Origin: a virus
Taxonomy: Duplodnaviria; Caudoviricetes
DNA length: 54,345 nucleotides
Virus record (IMG/VR): IMGVR_UViG_3300020401_001611
Coordinates: 1 to 54,345 of that record
Reading direction: 5' to 3' (one strand)
Below, piece by piece: positions 38,356 through 48,565 of the stretch; the first letter of the stretch is position 1, and each line of letters starts with the position of its first letter. The notes below the pieces were generated by a model. That model was not told the origin of the DNA, did not search any database, and saw only the letters and a list, made by a program, of their open reading frames with translations. The translations under genes were made by a program, and so were the position numbers.

Positions 38356-39868
38356 ATGTTGTTAAACTCCCTAATACATTCCATGAACCGCCTGTACGTA
38401 CAAGTGTAAAGACAACAACATCTGTTTGGTTTGCATTAGGTGTAGGTGCAGATGCATCTTCCCAGTTTATAGTTTGAACGCCTCCGTCTATTTGAACAGC
38501 ATTAGGAAGATATGGTGATGCACCTTGATTTAGTATCAATGCAACCGAAATAGTTCTATCAGTAGTTGTTGGCACATTTGTAAAGTTTGCTGTAAAGTTT
38601 GCGGCAATGCTTGTATGGTTCCAAACACTACCTAAGTTTAAACTGTGATCAACTGTTGAAGTTGCGCCAGTAAGTGTGTTAACTATCTCGCTAGATCTAG
38701 CTATTCCAGAAAGAAATACGCCATCTGTAGCAGATAGTGTTAAACTTGTAGAACTTGTAAAGTTAGTAACACCTACACCATTTGTAATTACACTAGGTGC
38801 AGTTAAACTTGTTGTTGCAGTGATTTCGTCAAATGTAACATCATCTGTGGTATTAAGACTTTGATCATATGCAGATCCTCCTCCACCATCTTCAAATGTA
38901 AAATTGCCAGCGCCATCTGTAGTCAGAACTTGGTTTGCAGTTCCGTCTGAAATACCTAAATCAGTAAGAGTTGCTGGTATAGTAGGTTTGTTTTGTATGT
39001 CGTTCCAGTCACCTGTGTTAGCAACTGTAGCAAAAGTAGGTGTTCCTAATAAATCAGAATATAATCCACTAAACACGTTACCTGCAACAGGTTGTACCCA
39101 TTGTTGACTATCACCGTCATCAACATATACATACAAATAACCAGTTGCACTGTTATACCAAAGTGCTCCTGCACTAGGTTCTGTGGGTGCCGAATCACTT
39201 GCTGTAATACTTGCTCCGCCGGAGCCTGTACCTGATCCTGGCATACCTACTGTTATTTCTCCGCCCATTCCTGTGTGTCTAGTACAGTAATAGTAAAGAG
39301 TATTTGGTGTATTTGTTGTGATTGTTATTTGTATTGCCCTAGTTGTAGAGCTTGTAAAATCATCTAGGTATTTTTCCCTAGTTACTTCTGCGTCATCTAA
39401 AAGATATACAACACCTTCAGTATATTGGACGCCTCCACCTAATGTGCCGTTTTCTTGCACACTAAATTCTAACGGATGCTGATTTAGAGTACCACCTTGT
39501 GGATTAGGATAAAACAAATTGGTATAATTTGATTGATCAAATCTATATGTGTATCCTACTACAAAAGTTAATGCAGGTGCATAGTTTGAAAAATCATTGT
39601 TAAAATAATATTTGTTTCCTACGCCATCGTTACCTACAAATGTATTGTATTTTACTGTAGCAACTTCTAAATTAGCAGTGTTTATCCTTAATCTTTCTTC
39701 GCTGAGAACTTCAAAACCACCTCGTTGTAACCCATTGTATACACGAAGCGTTTTTGTTTCCTTCTCGTAGAAAAGCTCGCCACTGGCTCCTGTATTCCTG
39801 TCCAAAAAGTCAGTTGGACGAGGTACTAATCTAATCCTATCGAATACGGGAGCTACTGGTATTGCCAT
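38348..39868 (-). CDS. Virion structural/fibre protein with internal cupredoxin-like domain
   Basis: HPLEFS...LYYYCTRHTGMGG; SDSAP...GALWYNS..LYVY fibre motif; LTTDGAGNFTF. Confidence 0.75.
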   Translation of the reverse strand: MAIPVAPVFDRIRLVPRPTDFLDRNTGASGELFYEKETKTLRVYNGLQRGGFEVLSEERLRINTANLEVATVKYNTFVGNDGVGNKYYFNNDFSNYAPALTFVVGYTYRFDQSNYTNLFYPNPQGGTLNQHPLEFSVQENGTLGGGVQYTEGVVYLLDDAEVTREKYLDDFTSSTTRAIQITITTNTPNTLYYYCTRHTGMGGEITVGMPGSGTGSGGASITASDSAPTEPSAGALWYNSATGYLYVYVDDGDSQQWVQPVAGNVFSGLYSDLLGTPTFATVANTGDWNDIQNKPTIPATLTDLGISDGTANQVLTTDGAGNFTFEDGGGGSAYDQSLNTTDDVTFDEITATTSLTAPSVITNGVGVTNFTSSTSLTLSATDGVFLSGIARSSEIVNTLTGATSTVDHSLNLGSVWNHTSIAANFTANFTNVPTTTDRTISVALILNQGASPYLPNAVQIDGGVQTINWEDASAPTPNANQTDVVVFTLVRTGGSWNVLGSLTTYG

Positions 39869-39878
39869 AGGTTAATCC

Positions 39879-40211
39879 TTAACCTAAAATGCCGTGTGCA
39901 GTGAAAGCTCTAAGTGGTCCTGGCTCGAATCTATGTTCTGCTTCAGTGTTAGTTGACAGAGTGGTGCTACCTTCTGGTCTTGCCGGATCTATAGATTTTG
40001 TATATCTGTCAGCAATCATCTCATCTGTTTGGTCGATTTCGTAACCTATTTCTACCACAACTGCGCCTGCGTGTTCGGCGGCAAATACGTTTGCTTTTTC
40101 TTGATCTGGGAATTTTCTAATTTCTTCGTAACCGTCACCATCAGGATCCCATGTGTGATAAAGCATAACGTTGTCCACTGTTGGATGCGGTTTTTTTACT
40201 GCATATGGCAT
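39879..40211 (-). CDS. Hypothetical protein
   Basis: AGGAG SD precedes the ATG at 40211 (MPYAVKK). Confidence 0.65.
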   Translation of the reverse strand: MPYAVKKPHPTVDNVMLYHTWDPDGDGYEEIRKFPDQEKANVFAAEHAGAVVVEIGYEIDQTDEMIADRYTKSIDPARPEGSTTLSTNTEAEHRFEPGPLRAFTAHGILG

Positions 40212-40225
40212 ATATTTTTCTCCTA

Positions 40226-40837
40226 TCAAAGCTGGTTTGCAAAATCAGCTAAATCGTCAAATACATAGGTTTTCTTTTTGATATCCTTGTATGTATACTT
40301 ATTTAGCTGTTTTTCAGTCTCACGTCCATAACCGGTTCTAACCAGAACAGGTCTTGCACCTACTTTGACTGCGGCACGTAAATCGCTCATTTTATCACCA
40401 ACAAAAAATCCTTGGCTCCATTTGATATCTTTGTGTTCTTTGGCGCATCTTTTAAACATGCCTGCATTAGGCTTTGCATACATATCATTTTTTTGACTAC
40501 TTTCGCTATAATATATTGCATCAATACTAGGACAACCTGCTTGCCCTAACAAATTAAGCATATGATCATGAACACTATCAACATCTTCAGCAGACATTAT
40601 ACCTTTTTGTATACCGCCTTGATTTGTTATAATTACTATTCTATGCCCTAGTTGTCTAATCTTTGCCACAGCTTCTAAGCTACCTTCAATTGGCTTAAAT
40701 TCGTTTGGTGATGTAACATATCTACATCCATCCTGATTTCCTAAATCTTGATTAATTACTCCATCTCTATCTAAACCTATTACGCATTTTGTAGGAATTA
40801 CTGGAGTTGCATTTGCGACTTTATACTTATCTATCAT
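40226..40837 (-). CDS. gmhB: D-glycero-D-manno-heptose 1,7-bisphosphate phosphatase (HAD IIIA)
   Basis: LDRDGVIN, ITNQGGI, KPNAGM, VGDKMSD and LVRTGYG motifs; in an operon with hldD/hldE. Confidence 0.85.
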   Translation of the reverse strand: MIDKYKVANATPVIPTKCVIGLDRDGVINQDLGNQDGCRYVTSPNEFKPIEGSLEAVAKIRQLGHRIVIITNQGGIQKGIMSAEDVDSVHDHMLNLLGQAGCPSIDAIYYSESSQKNDMYAKPNAGMFKRCAKEHKDIKWSQGFFVGDKMSDLRAAVKVGARPVLVRTGYGRETEKQLNKYTYKDIKKKTYVFDDLADFANQL

Positions 40838-41405
40838 ATGTATACCAGCCTGTAATTATATATTTTTCTCCTTTGTAAATAGGATTTCCTCTATGTGGAT
40901 ACATGTAACTGGTAGGAAAAATAACTAGTTTTCCAGCTTCAGGTTTTAATTTTACACCTTGATATAAAAATTCTGTTTCGCCGCCTTCTTCTACATCATT
41001 AAGATATAGCATATAATTCATTACCCTTGAACAAGACCCTATATCTGCTGCCTCTGCATGCCAAGCATGATAACCTTGGTGTGGCTTTGATTTTTGTATG
41101 CTCATACCTTTTGGACTATGCTGTTCACTATTTTTTAGCATTTGATATTTTTCCATATAGGATTTTGTGTATACTTCATGCAATCTTTGATAAAAGTAAT
41201 CACACAATTTGAAATCATAATGATATTGATTTTGTGTATGTGCCCAATCAAAAACAATACGTTCGTCTTGATTAACGTCGAGATTATCTTGTTTATATGT
41301 AACTGCATTTCGTGCCATTACTTCAAAATGTTTTATTATTTCGTCGCAATAATCCTTTTCGTATGCAAGAGGATATTCTTCTATTCCGTTGTAATCGTCT
41401 TTCAT
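40827..41405 (-). CDS. 2OG-Fe(II) oxygenase (prolyl-4-hydroxylase-like)
   Basis: WHAE (HxE), YLNDVEEGGETEF and HRGNP..KYIITGW motifs. Confidence 0.85.
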   Translation of the reverse strand: MKDDYNGIEEYPLAYEKDYCDEIIKHFEVMARNAVTYKQDNLDVNQDERIVFDWAHTQNQYHYDFKLCDYFYQRLHEVYTKSYMEKYQMLKNSEQHSPKGMSIQKSKPHQGYHAWHAEAADIGSCSRVMNYMLYLNDVEEGGETEFLYQGVKLKPEAGKLVIFPTSYMYPHRGNPIYKGEKYIITGWYTYDR

Positions 41406-42208
41406 TGTGTTTCCTTTATATATGGTATATATTCTTTTGCGATCTTTTCATGTGTAGGAGTATCGTAATGCTCGGAATCAACCATACCTATGTCATGTCC
41501 TTTATTTTTTAGATAGGTAATAGCATCGATATTTGCAATCTGTGTTGCTTTTAAGTTTGTTAAGTAGTTATCTGTTTGCTGTGGTATAAAACATTTTGAA
41601 TTAATATTGAATAAATGCATTTTTTTCTCGTTATACAAGCAAAGTGCATCGCAAGCTAATATATCTTTAAAATAATCATACTGCTCAAGATGTGTGTTTG
41701 AATAATGCCACATCTGCATGTACATATGACTGCTTCTACGAACATCAGGTTCGCTTACAAAAGGTTTTGTGTTACGCAAGTATGGTGTTTGTTCAAAATC
41801 TTCACGCTTAGGTTTTAAGTAATACTCTACATACTTTTCTTGATAAAACCCTAGTGCATATCTTTTTATTAAATCTCCTTCTGACGGAGCTTCTTCAATA
41901 AAAAAGTCTATAGGAAAAATACTTCTTTCATCTAGATCAGGATTGATAGCTACAGGAAATCTGCCCCAATATGTGCTTTGCACAAAAACTTCGTCAATGT
42001 CGTTAAACTTTTGTAAAGCAAAACTTAAGAACCTTGGCCATAGTGCATTGCCTGCTCCTGCACTTGCCATAATTACTACAGGCTTATTGTTTTGTTTTGC
42101 ATATATTTCTGCATAGTTATTGTCTTGCCAGGGATAACATCCATGGTTATCTCCAGGATCTAGAAATCCCATAGTATGACTACAACCTATAAACAGAGAT
42201 CTAGACAA
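41402..42208 (-). CDS. Hypothetical protein, SGNH-like
   Basis: FIGCSHT, GAGN and C-terminal DSEH. Probable TTG start at 42208 after an AGGAG SD (track start is 42229). Confidence 0.55.
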   Translation of the reverse strand: MSRSLFIGCSHTMGFLDPGDNHGCYPWQDNNYAEIYAKQNNKPVVIMASAGAGNALWPRFLSFALQKFNDIDEVFVQSTYWGRFPVAINPDLDERSIFPIDFFIEEAPSEGDLIKRYALGFYQEKYVEYYLKPKREDFEQTPYLRNTKPFVSEPDVRRSSHMYMQMWHYSNTHLEQYDYFKDILACDALCLYNEKKMHLFNINSKCFIPQQTDNYLTNLKATQIANIDAITYLKNKGHDIGMVDSEHYDTPTHEKIAKEYIPYIKETQ

Positions 42209-42563
42209 CTTGACTATCTCCTTTTTCAACTCTATAATTATCTTCTATACTATCTGGGGTACTAACTTCTATAATCGTACCTTGTTCTAAACAAAGTAAT
42301 TGGTGAGGAAGCATTGGAGGATTATGCCATGTATCTCCCTTTTCTAAAGGTTCTGCATCAACGTCTGCGGTTTTTGTATCAATTGTTTTTACGACAAATT
42401 TTCCGCTTAATACATACCATGTTTCGTCTTTATCTTTGTGCATGTGCATGCTAAATTTTGCACCTGTGTTAAAATTTAACAATTTTCCACAATATAAATC
42501 ATTAGTAGCAAATATTGTTTCGCTACCCCAACCTTTTTCAACTGTACCTTTTAATCTACTCAT
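42201..42563 (-). CDS. Cupin, sugar(-phosphate) isomerase-like
   Basis: KGWGSE, SMHMHKDKDETWYV, PHQL and EVSTPD motifs. Confidence 0.8.
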   Translation of the reverse strand: MSRLKGTVEKGWGSETIFATNDLYCGKLLNFNTGAKFSMHMHKDKDETWYVLSGKFVVKTIDTKTADVDAEPLEKGDTWHNPPMLPHQLLCLEQGTIIEVSTPDSIEDNYRVEKGDSQVV

Positions 42564-43167
42564 TTGCTTCCTTTATACTAAAATTTGCCGCTATTGTTAT
42601 TCTACGTTTTTCTGATCTCATTGGTAACACATAATGTGTTAGCCAACTAGGAAATAATATCAATGTTCCATTTTCTAATTTAGGCATAATATGTTGATAC
42701 TGCCACTTATCAAATATTCTATTTAACCCGCTGTATTTTACAGTAGCAAAATTAGGACATTCAAAAACTAAATCTCCACCTTCTGTATCTTTATCTAATT
42801 CCATAATATATATTGCACTTAAAGACCTTCCGGGAAATGCGTGTTCGTGACTTTCTTGAAAATCGCCTTTGCTGTACATGTTTACCCAGAACTCATCACT
42901 ATGTATCATAAAAGGCATTGTAGGTTGTAAGGATTGTAGATGTTCGTCTACATAAGGTTTAATTGCTTCAAACCAAGTGTTCCACGGAAATTTATCGTTA
43001 CTTTTATTCCGTATACTACTTTTGCAATCTCCGTATGTCCATGGACTATCAAAATTATTATCGTCATTTAACATAGGTAAAAATTGTTCATAAACCTCTT
43101 GATGATTTTCAATTACAGTTGAATAAATCCAAGTTGGCCAAATAGCATCAGTTGTCATTCTCCCCAA
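42556..43167 (-). CDS. 2OG-Fe(II) oxygenase (TIGR02466-like)
   Basis: WVNMY..GDFQESHEH, LSAIY, LILFPSWLTHYV and RITIAANF. True start is probably MTTDAIW. Confidence 0.82.
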   Translation of the reverse strand: MGRMTTDAIWPTWIYSTVIENHQEVYEQFLPMLNDDNNFDSPWTYGDCKSSIRNKSNDKFPWNTWFEAIKPYVDEHLQSLQPTMPFMIHSDEFWVNMYSKGDFQESHEHAFPGRSLSAIYIMELDKDTEGGDLVFECPNFATVKYSGLNRIFDKWQYQHIMPKLENGTLILFPSWLTHYVLPMRSEKRRITIAANFSIKEANE

Positions 43168-43673
43168 CCTCCTGCTGGTTGTTCTCGCACATCAAAGAAG
43201 AAAACTTGTGTAAGTCTGCCGCTTTCTGGTGTATTTCCAAATCCAGATAGCAAACTTCTGTGTAATAAATCACCTCTATACAATACAAGTCTGTTGTAAA
43301 CATTTCCTATTGCATCAACAAGTTCAAATTCTCCTTGTTTATCTTCCTTGAATATTCCAGTGCCTGCTTCAATAGGAGCATTTGGTGTAAGGTATAATAT
43401 TCCTGCCCACATAGACGGATCTTTATGTACCCACGTTTCAGCACCTTCGTAACATAATTGATAGCAAAAACTATCCATTAAGAATTGTGTTATTTTTACA
43501 CCCATGATATCTTCAAATCTTGTTTTGCAATACATTTGAAAATCATCATCTGTTGCATGGGATCTCTTGCCTGGAAATTCTCCACTAGTAGGAAAATCAA
43601 GTTTTATAACTTGTTCTCTAACAAGATCTGGTTTTGGTAAAAAATTATCTACTATAAAAAGACTTGTACTCAT
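43155..43673 (-). CDS. 2OG-Fe(II) oxygenase-like protein (DUF6445-type)
   Basis: IVDNF..PD.VR, FPGKRS, HKD, AGILYLTP, NRLVLY...HRS and RLTQVFF motifs. Confidence 0.78.
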   Translation of the reverse strand: MSTSLFIVDNFLPKPDLVREQVIKLDFPTSGEFPGKRSHATDDDFQMYCKTRFEDIMGVKITQFLMDSFCYQLCYEGAETWVHKDPSMWAGILYLTPNAPIEAGTGIFKEDKQGEFELVDAIGNVYNRLVLYRGDLLHRSLLSGFGNTPESGRLTQVFFFDVREQPAGGWGE

Positions 43674-44473
43674 TTTAAATATTCCTCTATAGTTTGAAAC
43701 CTAAATTTTAACACAGTATTAAGTTTTTCTAAATTTGCACAAGTATAACTTTGATACTGATGTTTTAAGTTTTCAGGCATAGGTATATATTTTATTTTTG
43801 CATTATATTTTTTTGCAATTAAATCTGCTACTTGTTTAAAACTTACAGCTTTACCTGTACCAATATTATATATGCCTTTTTCTTTTATGTCAAACATTTT
43901 TTCATGTATTTTGCATATATCAGACACACATATAAAATCTCTTTTATAGTTTTCACTGTCTGTAAAAATTGTAATTTCGCCTTCTTCTTGTGCTTGTTTA
44001 GTAAACTTTGTTATAGGACTTGCTTGATTGCCTTTGTGTTCTTCATGAGGCCCGTATACATTAAAGTAACGGAATCCTTGAAATATAATTTTTGGGTGTA
44101 TACCTGTCACCCATCTATCAAATAAATATTTGCTCCAAGCATAAGGACTTTTAGGATCACTAGGTCCATCTTCTTTGAAATGTGTTGTGTTACCATACAC
44201 ACTTGCACTTGATGCATATTGCATGTTTACATTATATTGATTACATTGATTAAACAACCATTTTGAAAATTCATAATTGTGTAATATTACTTTATCTACG
44301 TCTGTTTCAGTAGTTGAACTTATTGCACCTAGATGTATTACCCAATCATAATCCTTTACAAGAGGTAAATTTTCTGGATGGAAGTCATAGCCAGCTACTT
44401 CGTGTTTTGTTTCTAAGTAGGACATAATATTTTGTCCTATAAACCCTTTATGACCTGTTATCAATATTCTCAT
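43670..44473 (-). CDS. hldD: ADP-L-glycero-D-manno-heptose 6-epimerase
   Basis: ITGHKGFIG, HLGAISSTTE, YASSASVYG, YAWSK, RYFNVYGP.E.HKG.QAS and RDFI motifs. Confidence 0.9.
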   Translation of the reverse strand: MRILITGHKGFIGQNIMSYLETKHEVAGYDFHPENLPLVKDYDWVIHLGAISSTTETDVDKVILHNYEFSKWLFNQCNQYNVNMQYASSASVYGNTTHFKEDGPSDPKSPYAWSKYLFDRWVTGIHPKIIFQGFRYFNVYGPHEEHKGNQASPITKFTKQAQEEGEITIFTDSENYKRDFICVSDICKIHEKMFDIKEKGIYNIGTGKAVSFKQVADLIAKKYNAKIKYIPMPENLKHQYQSYTCANLEKLNTVLKFRFQTIEEYLK

Positions 44474-45599
44474 CTATTATCCTTGTAGTGCTATGCCCTT
44501 CAACTGTAGGAAAAATTACTACTTCTGCTAATTCGTTACCTACTACAGTTTTGACTGTATAATCTCCACCTTTGACAATAATATCTGGTTCTAATTTGGT
44601 AATAGCTTCCAAAGGTGTATCTTCTTCAAACACAATCACATCATCAACAAAACCTAGTTCTAATAGGCTTTCCTTGCGGGTGTCTTCTCCGTTAATGGGT
44701 CTTAAATTGCCTTTTAAGCGTTTGACACTACTATCGCTGTTAATACCCACTATAAGTCTATTTCCAAGCGTTTTTGCGTGTCTAAGAAGCTTCAAATGGC
44801 CAATATGTAATATATCAAACACACCATTAGTAAACACTACAGTATGTTCTACATCTTCACGTTTTAAGATATACGTACCTGCATGTTTTACACTTTCAGT
44901 TGATCCTTTTACAGCAACCTCTAAGCATTTTTTATGTGTATAACCTTTTGTTAATCCATAAACAAATCCAGCGATAAAACAGTCACCTGCTCCAGTAACA
45001 TCAGATACTTCAACAGTTTCTACAGGTACTGTATATTCTTTATCTTCAATTGTAGCATTCACACTGTGTCCTGCATCGGTTGTAATAATGTTACCTTTCC
45101 ATTCATTAAAATTAAATTTATAAAATTCACTATTGTTAGGTTTCACTAACCAAGCACCTTCGTAATCATCTGCAAAACGTTTTGGGTCAACAATTATTTT
45201 ACAATCAAATTTATTAATATGTTTTATAATTTTTTTAGAATTATCTAAAGTGCCTTTGTTGTAATCACTTAAAACAACAATATTATAAGCAGAAAAGTCT
45301 GCCTGTTTTATTCTTTGTAATACAGCGTCACCGTCTGCATTTTTATCTTCGTCAATGCGTGTTATATAATGTCCGTCACAAATAATTCTAGTTTTTATAC
45401 TATGGTCTTCTAGTGTGTCATACATTTCTACATCTACACCTAGGCTTTTCAAATTATCATATACTAATGCCGCACCTCCCATAGTAGTTTTTTCTTGTGT
45501 AAACGTAACAACTGGTACAGGTGCTTCCGGACTAATTCTTTTGCTAGTACCGTAAATATACTTGTCTTTTATAATATCACCTATTACAAGAACTTTCAT
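44448..45599 (-). CDS. hldE: Bifunctional heptose-7-phosphate kinase / heptose-1-phosphate adenylyltransferase
   Basis: RISPEAPVPV, SDYNKG, VDPK and DVTGAGD (kinase); FTNGVFDILHIGH, NSDSSVKRLKG, KGGDY and STT (transferase). Confidence 0.93.
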   Translation of the reverse strand: MKVLVIGDIIKDKYIYGTSKRISPEAPVPVVTFTQEKTTMGGAALVYDNLKSLGVDVEMYDTLEDHSIKTRIICDGHYITRIDEDKNADGDAVLQRIKQADFSAYNIVVLSDYNKGTLDNSKKIIKHINKFDCKIIVDPKRFADDYEGAWLVKPNNSEFYKFNFNEWKGNIITTDAGHSVNATIEDKEYTVPVETVEVSDVTGAGDCFIAGFVYGLTKGYTHKKCLEVAVKGSTESVKHAGTYILKREDVEHTVVFTNGVFDILHIGHLKLLRHAKTLGNRLIVGINSDSSVKRLKGNLRPINGEDTRKESLLELGFVDDVIVFEEDTPLEAITKLEPDIIVKGGDYTVKTVVGNELAEVVIFPTVEGHSTTRIIDENIDNRS

Positions 45600-46123
45600 G
45601 AAAAATTATAATCCATATAAATATTTCCTGATACTGTAGATCCTTCATTGCCTGGCATAACAAAATGTTCAATCATACTAGGAAAAATTACAATATCTCC
45701 TTTTTTACATTCTGGCCTAAAATCTAAAGGAAATCTTGGATGGCCTCCGGATCCTATTTGATTTTGAATCAGTCTATAATTAGGATTCATAAAGACAGTT
45801 TTACCCTGTGGCACACTTTCATAAATTATAAAACTCCATTGACAGTTTGGATGAATGTGAATATCTTGCCAATCTTTTTGAGTGTAAGTGTTCCTCCATA
45901 TTTCTCCGAATCTTGGATTTTGGCCTATCAAATCTTGTGGCATTAGATCCAAAATTATAGATTGTAAATATTCAAAAGTTTCGGGTTCAATATCATGTTC
46001 TTTGCCAAAACTAGATTCAACTTCACTTAACCAAATTTTTTCAGTAGCCTTGTGGGTTATTTTTATTTTATCTAAATCTACCTTGCCAATAAAAAAAGGT
46101 ATTGCCCACATGTCATAATGCAT
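45596..46123 (-). CDS. 2OG-Fe(II) oxygenase (TIGR02466-like)
   Basis: WRNTY..DWQDIHIHP, SFIIY, IFPSMIEHFV and TVSGNI motifs. Confidence 0.8.
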   Translation of the reverse strand: MHYDMWAIPFFIGKVDLDKIKITHKATEKIWLSEVESSFGKEHDIEPETFEYLQSIILDLMPQDLIGQNPRFGEIWRNTYTQKDWQDIHIHPNCQWSFIIYESVPQGKTVFMNPNYRLIQNQIGSGGHPRFPLDFRPECKKGDIVIFPSMIEHFVMPGNEGSTVSGNIYMDYNFS

Positions 46124-46770
46124 TAAGTTCTCCAGGGTTGATTATTCTTAGGAGGTAGTGGTTGAGCTCTCATTGTTTTGTATACAAGTGTTGCACGTAG
46201 TCCCTTATAAGAATCGTTTGGTGGTAATCCATGATGTGGAATTTTACCTTTGAATAAGAAAATGCGTCCAGGCTTTGGATAAACTTTCTTCCATTCACCA
46301 TCTAATTTAATAATAGTTTCTCCACCCCATTCTTCTTTCCATTCTCTATTTACATAATAGATCCAACTAATACCATTATCACATTGACAGTCTGTATGTT
46401 CAACAGTGTTATGAATCCATTGTTGACCGTTAACTAGTATTTCTCCTATTTCTAATTCAAAAGGAATCATCTGTGCTACTGCATTGTATATCATGTTCCA
46501 GCTAGAGTCGTGTGCATTTGGACTGTTTGGTGGATAAATTTGTTGTTTAAACGCAGGAACTTCCGGCCAATCTGGAATAGCACCTACATCAGTTCTTGGA
46601 TCTTCAGGATAGTTACTAGTATGTCCGTAAAACCAACTGTATGTGTTAAAAACTTGATCGTGTACATGTTCTATTACATATTGTGGAAATAAGTCATCTA
46701 TTACTATCATTTGATCTTCGGCTAGATCAAATTCTGATAAATCTTTTGCTTCTTTACCATTAATTAACAT
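46123..46770 (-). CDS. 2OG-Fe(II) oxygenase (prolyl-hydroxylase-like)
   Basis: HTD, YYVN.EW..EWGGET, PKPGR..F...PHHG and RATLVYK motifs. Confidence 0.85.
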   Translation of the reverse strand: MLINGKEAKDLSEFDLAEDQMIVIDDLFPQYVIEHVHDQVFNTYSWFYGHTSNYPEDPRTDVGAIPDWPEVPAFKQQIYPPNSPNAHDSSWNMIYNAVAQMIPFELEIGEILVNGQQWIHNTVEHTDCQCDNGISWIYYVNREWKEEWGGETIIKLDGEWKKVYPKPGRIFLFKGKIPHHGLPPNDSYKGLRATLVYKTMRAQPLPPKNNQPWRT

Positions 46771-48565
46771 TTTCTACCTTTGCTAAAATATTGTGTTCTG
46801 CTATATACAAATATTCAATATCACTATTAGCAAGAGTTCTAAATGCATCATCTAAAGTTTCTACAAGCGGTTCTCCGCCTAAATTAAATGATGTATTGAA
46901 TATAATCGGAACACCTGTTTGTTTATAGAATTCATTTATGTAATCGTAGTATAATGGATTCTGTTCTCTTGTTACTGTTTGAATGCGACATGTACCATCT
47001 ACGTGTATTATACTTGGTATTTTTTCTTCTACACCAGGTTGACAGTTCATTGCATACATCATATGGGGTGAATCTTTCATTCCACGCATATCAAACCATT
47101 CTTCTGCATGTTCTGCTAGTATTGTACCAGCAAACGGACGGAAGTATTCTCTACGTTTTACTTTATTCACATGATCCTTGCCATTAGGGTCTGTTGGATC
47201 ATACATAAGACTCCTATTTCCTAAAGCTCTTGGTCCTGCTTCTGAACGTCCTTGGAACATTGCAATAATATTCTTGTTACACATTAATTTTACTACATCT
47301 TCTATTTCTACTTTTTCTAATGTAGCACCATATGTATCTGCTAAGTGTCCTATTTCTTTGTCGTCATAACTGTAACGTAAACCTAAATATAAACTTTCAC
47401 CAAATGGCATAACTTCTTTATTCTGTGATGTTTGATGATATGCAATGTATGCCGCACCAATTGCTGTTCCAGCATCACTTGATATTGGTTCAACATATAA
47501 ATTAATATCCATGTTTTTTAGTGTATCTAAGTAATAGTAGTTAGCAACACAATTAAGTCCATACCCTCCACTTAAAACAATATTTTTGTTACCTGTACGC
47601 TGTACAGCGTTTAAAATAAGTTCTAGAACTTGTTCTTGGCTTTCTGTCTGAACTGCATATGCTAGGTCTCTTCTGTTGTCTAAATCAACTAGTTCTTTTT
47701 GCGGGGTGTTATCTGGTGTTGTTAATTCATTAAAAAAGTTTTCATTTACTAACGCGGCATTAGGATATGTAGGTTTAATAAGATTTGCATTTGCCACTGT
47801 CCATTTACCGCCTGCATTTTGATATATAGGTGGAATTTTTTTGTTAGGTTTACCATAAGGAGAAAGTCCCATAGTCTTACCTGCTTCAATAGCTGTAAAT
47901 CCACAGTACTGTGTCACAGCTTCATATGCTTTTACAATGCCTGCTCCGTCATCAATAATAACATCATGTGTCCCTTCTTCATCAAACTTTTCGCTTGTCA
48001 TTTCCGACACATGTGCCGCTCTAAATGGTCCGTTGCCACCTAGGTGTTTCCAAATAGTTTTTATATTGTATGGATATTCGCATGTAAATATACTTTCTAA
48101 TTCGTATAGCATATTGTCCAGTCCATCCATTTGTGCAGGCATGAATGTACCAGCACCGTCAACAATTACTGCTGTAGCTGTTTCAAATCCACTTCTATAA
48201 AATGCACAAGCCGCATGTAACTTATGATGTATATGGCTAAGATCGACTACTTGAGGATGATTCAATACATCTATACTGGGGCTGTTATCAATTAATCCAA
48301 GTTTACGTGCAAGTCCTGTATAAACATCGTCACCAGTAAAGTCAACTTTACCTGCTGTTTCTTCAAGTGGCTGAGTGTGTGCAATAACTAAAAAGTCAAT
48401 TTTATCTGTATAATTTAAAATTTTTACCATACTTGCATATGGTCCGCCATCATATTTTTGCCTACTTAATCTTTCTTCTTCGATTGCAAATACAATTTTG
48501 CCGTCCTTAAGTAAGCAGACGCCTCCGTTATGACCTCTTGTTATTGCCGCAATCCATTGACTCAT
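46760..48565 (-). CDS. Carbamoyltransferase, NodU/CmcH family
   Basis: EEERLSRQK, HHKLHA, VDGAG, GKTMGLSPYG, SGGYGLNC, DAGTAIGA, GPRALGNRS, KRREYFRPFA and NTSFNL motifs. Confidence 0.95.
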   Translation of the reverse strand: MSQWIAAITRGHNGGVCLLKDGKIVFAIEEERLSRQKYDGGPYASMVKILNYTDKIDFLVIAHTQPLEETAGKVDFTGDDVYTGLARKLGLIDNSPSIDVLNHPQVVDLSHIHHKLHAACAFYRSGFETATAVIVDGAGTFMPAQMDGLDNMLYELESIFTCEYPYNIKTIWKHLGGNGPFRAAHVSEMTSEKFDEEGTHDVIIDDGAGIVKAYEAVTQYCGFTAIEAGKTMGLSPYGKPNKKIPPIYQNAGGKWTVANANLIKPTYPNAALVNENFFNELTTPDNTPQKELVDLDNRRDLAYAVQTESQEQVLELILNAVQRTGNKNIVLSGGYGLNCVANYYYLDTLKNMDINLYVEPISSDAGTAIGAAYIAYHQTSQNKEVMPFGESLYLGLRYSYDDKEIGHLADTYGATLEKVEIEDVVKLMCNKNIIAMFQGRSEAGPRALGNRSLMYDPTDPNGKDHVNKVKRREYFRPFAGTILAEHAEEWFDMRGMKDSPHMMYAMNCQPGVEEKIPSIIHVDGTCRIQTVTREQNPLYYDYINEFYKQTGVPIIFNTSFNLGGEPLVETLDDAFRTLANSDIEYLYIAEHNILAKVENVN

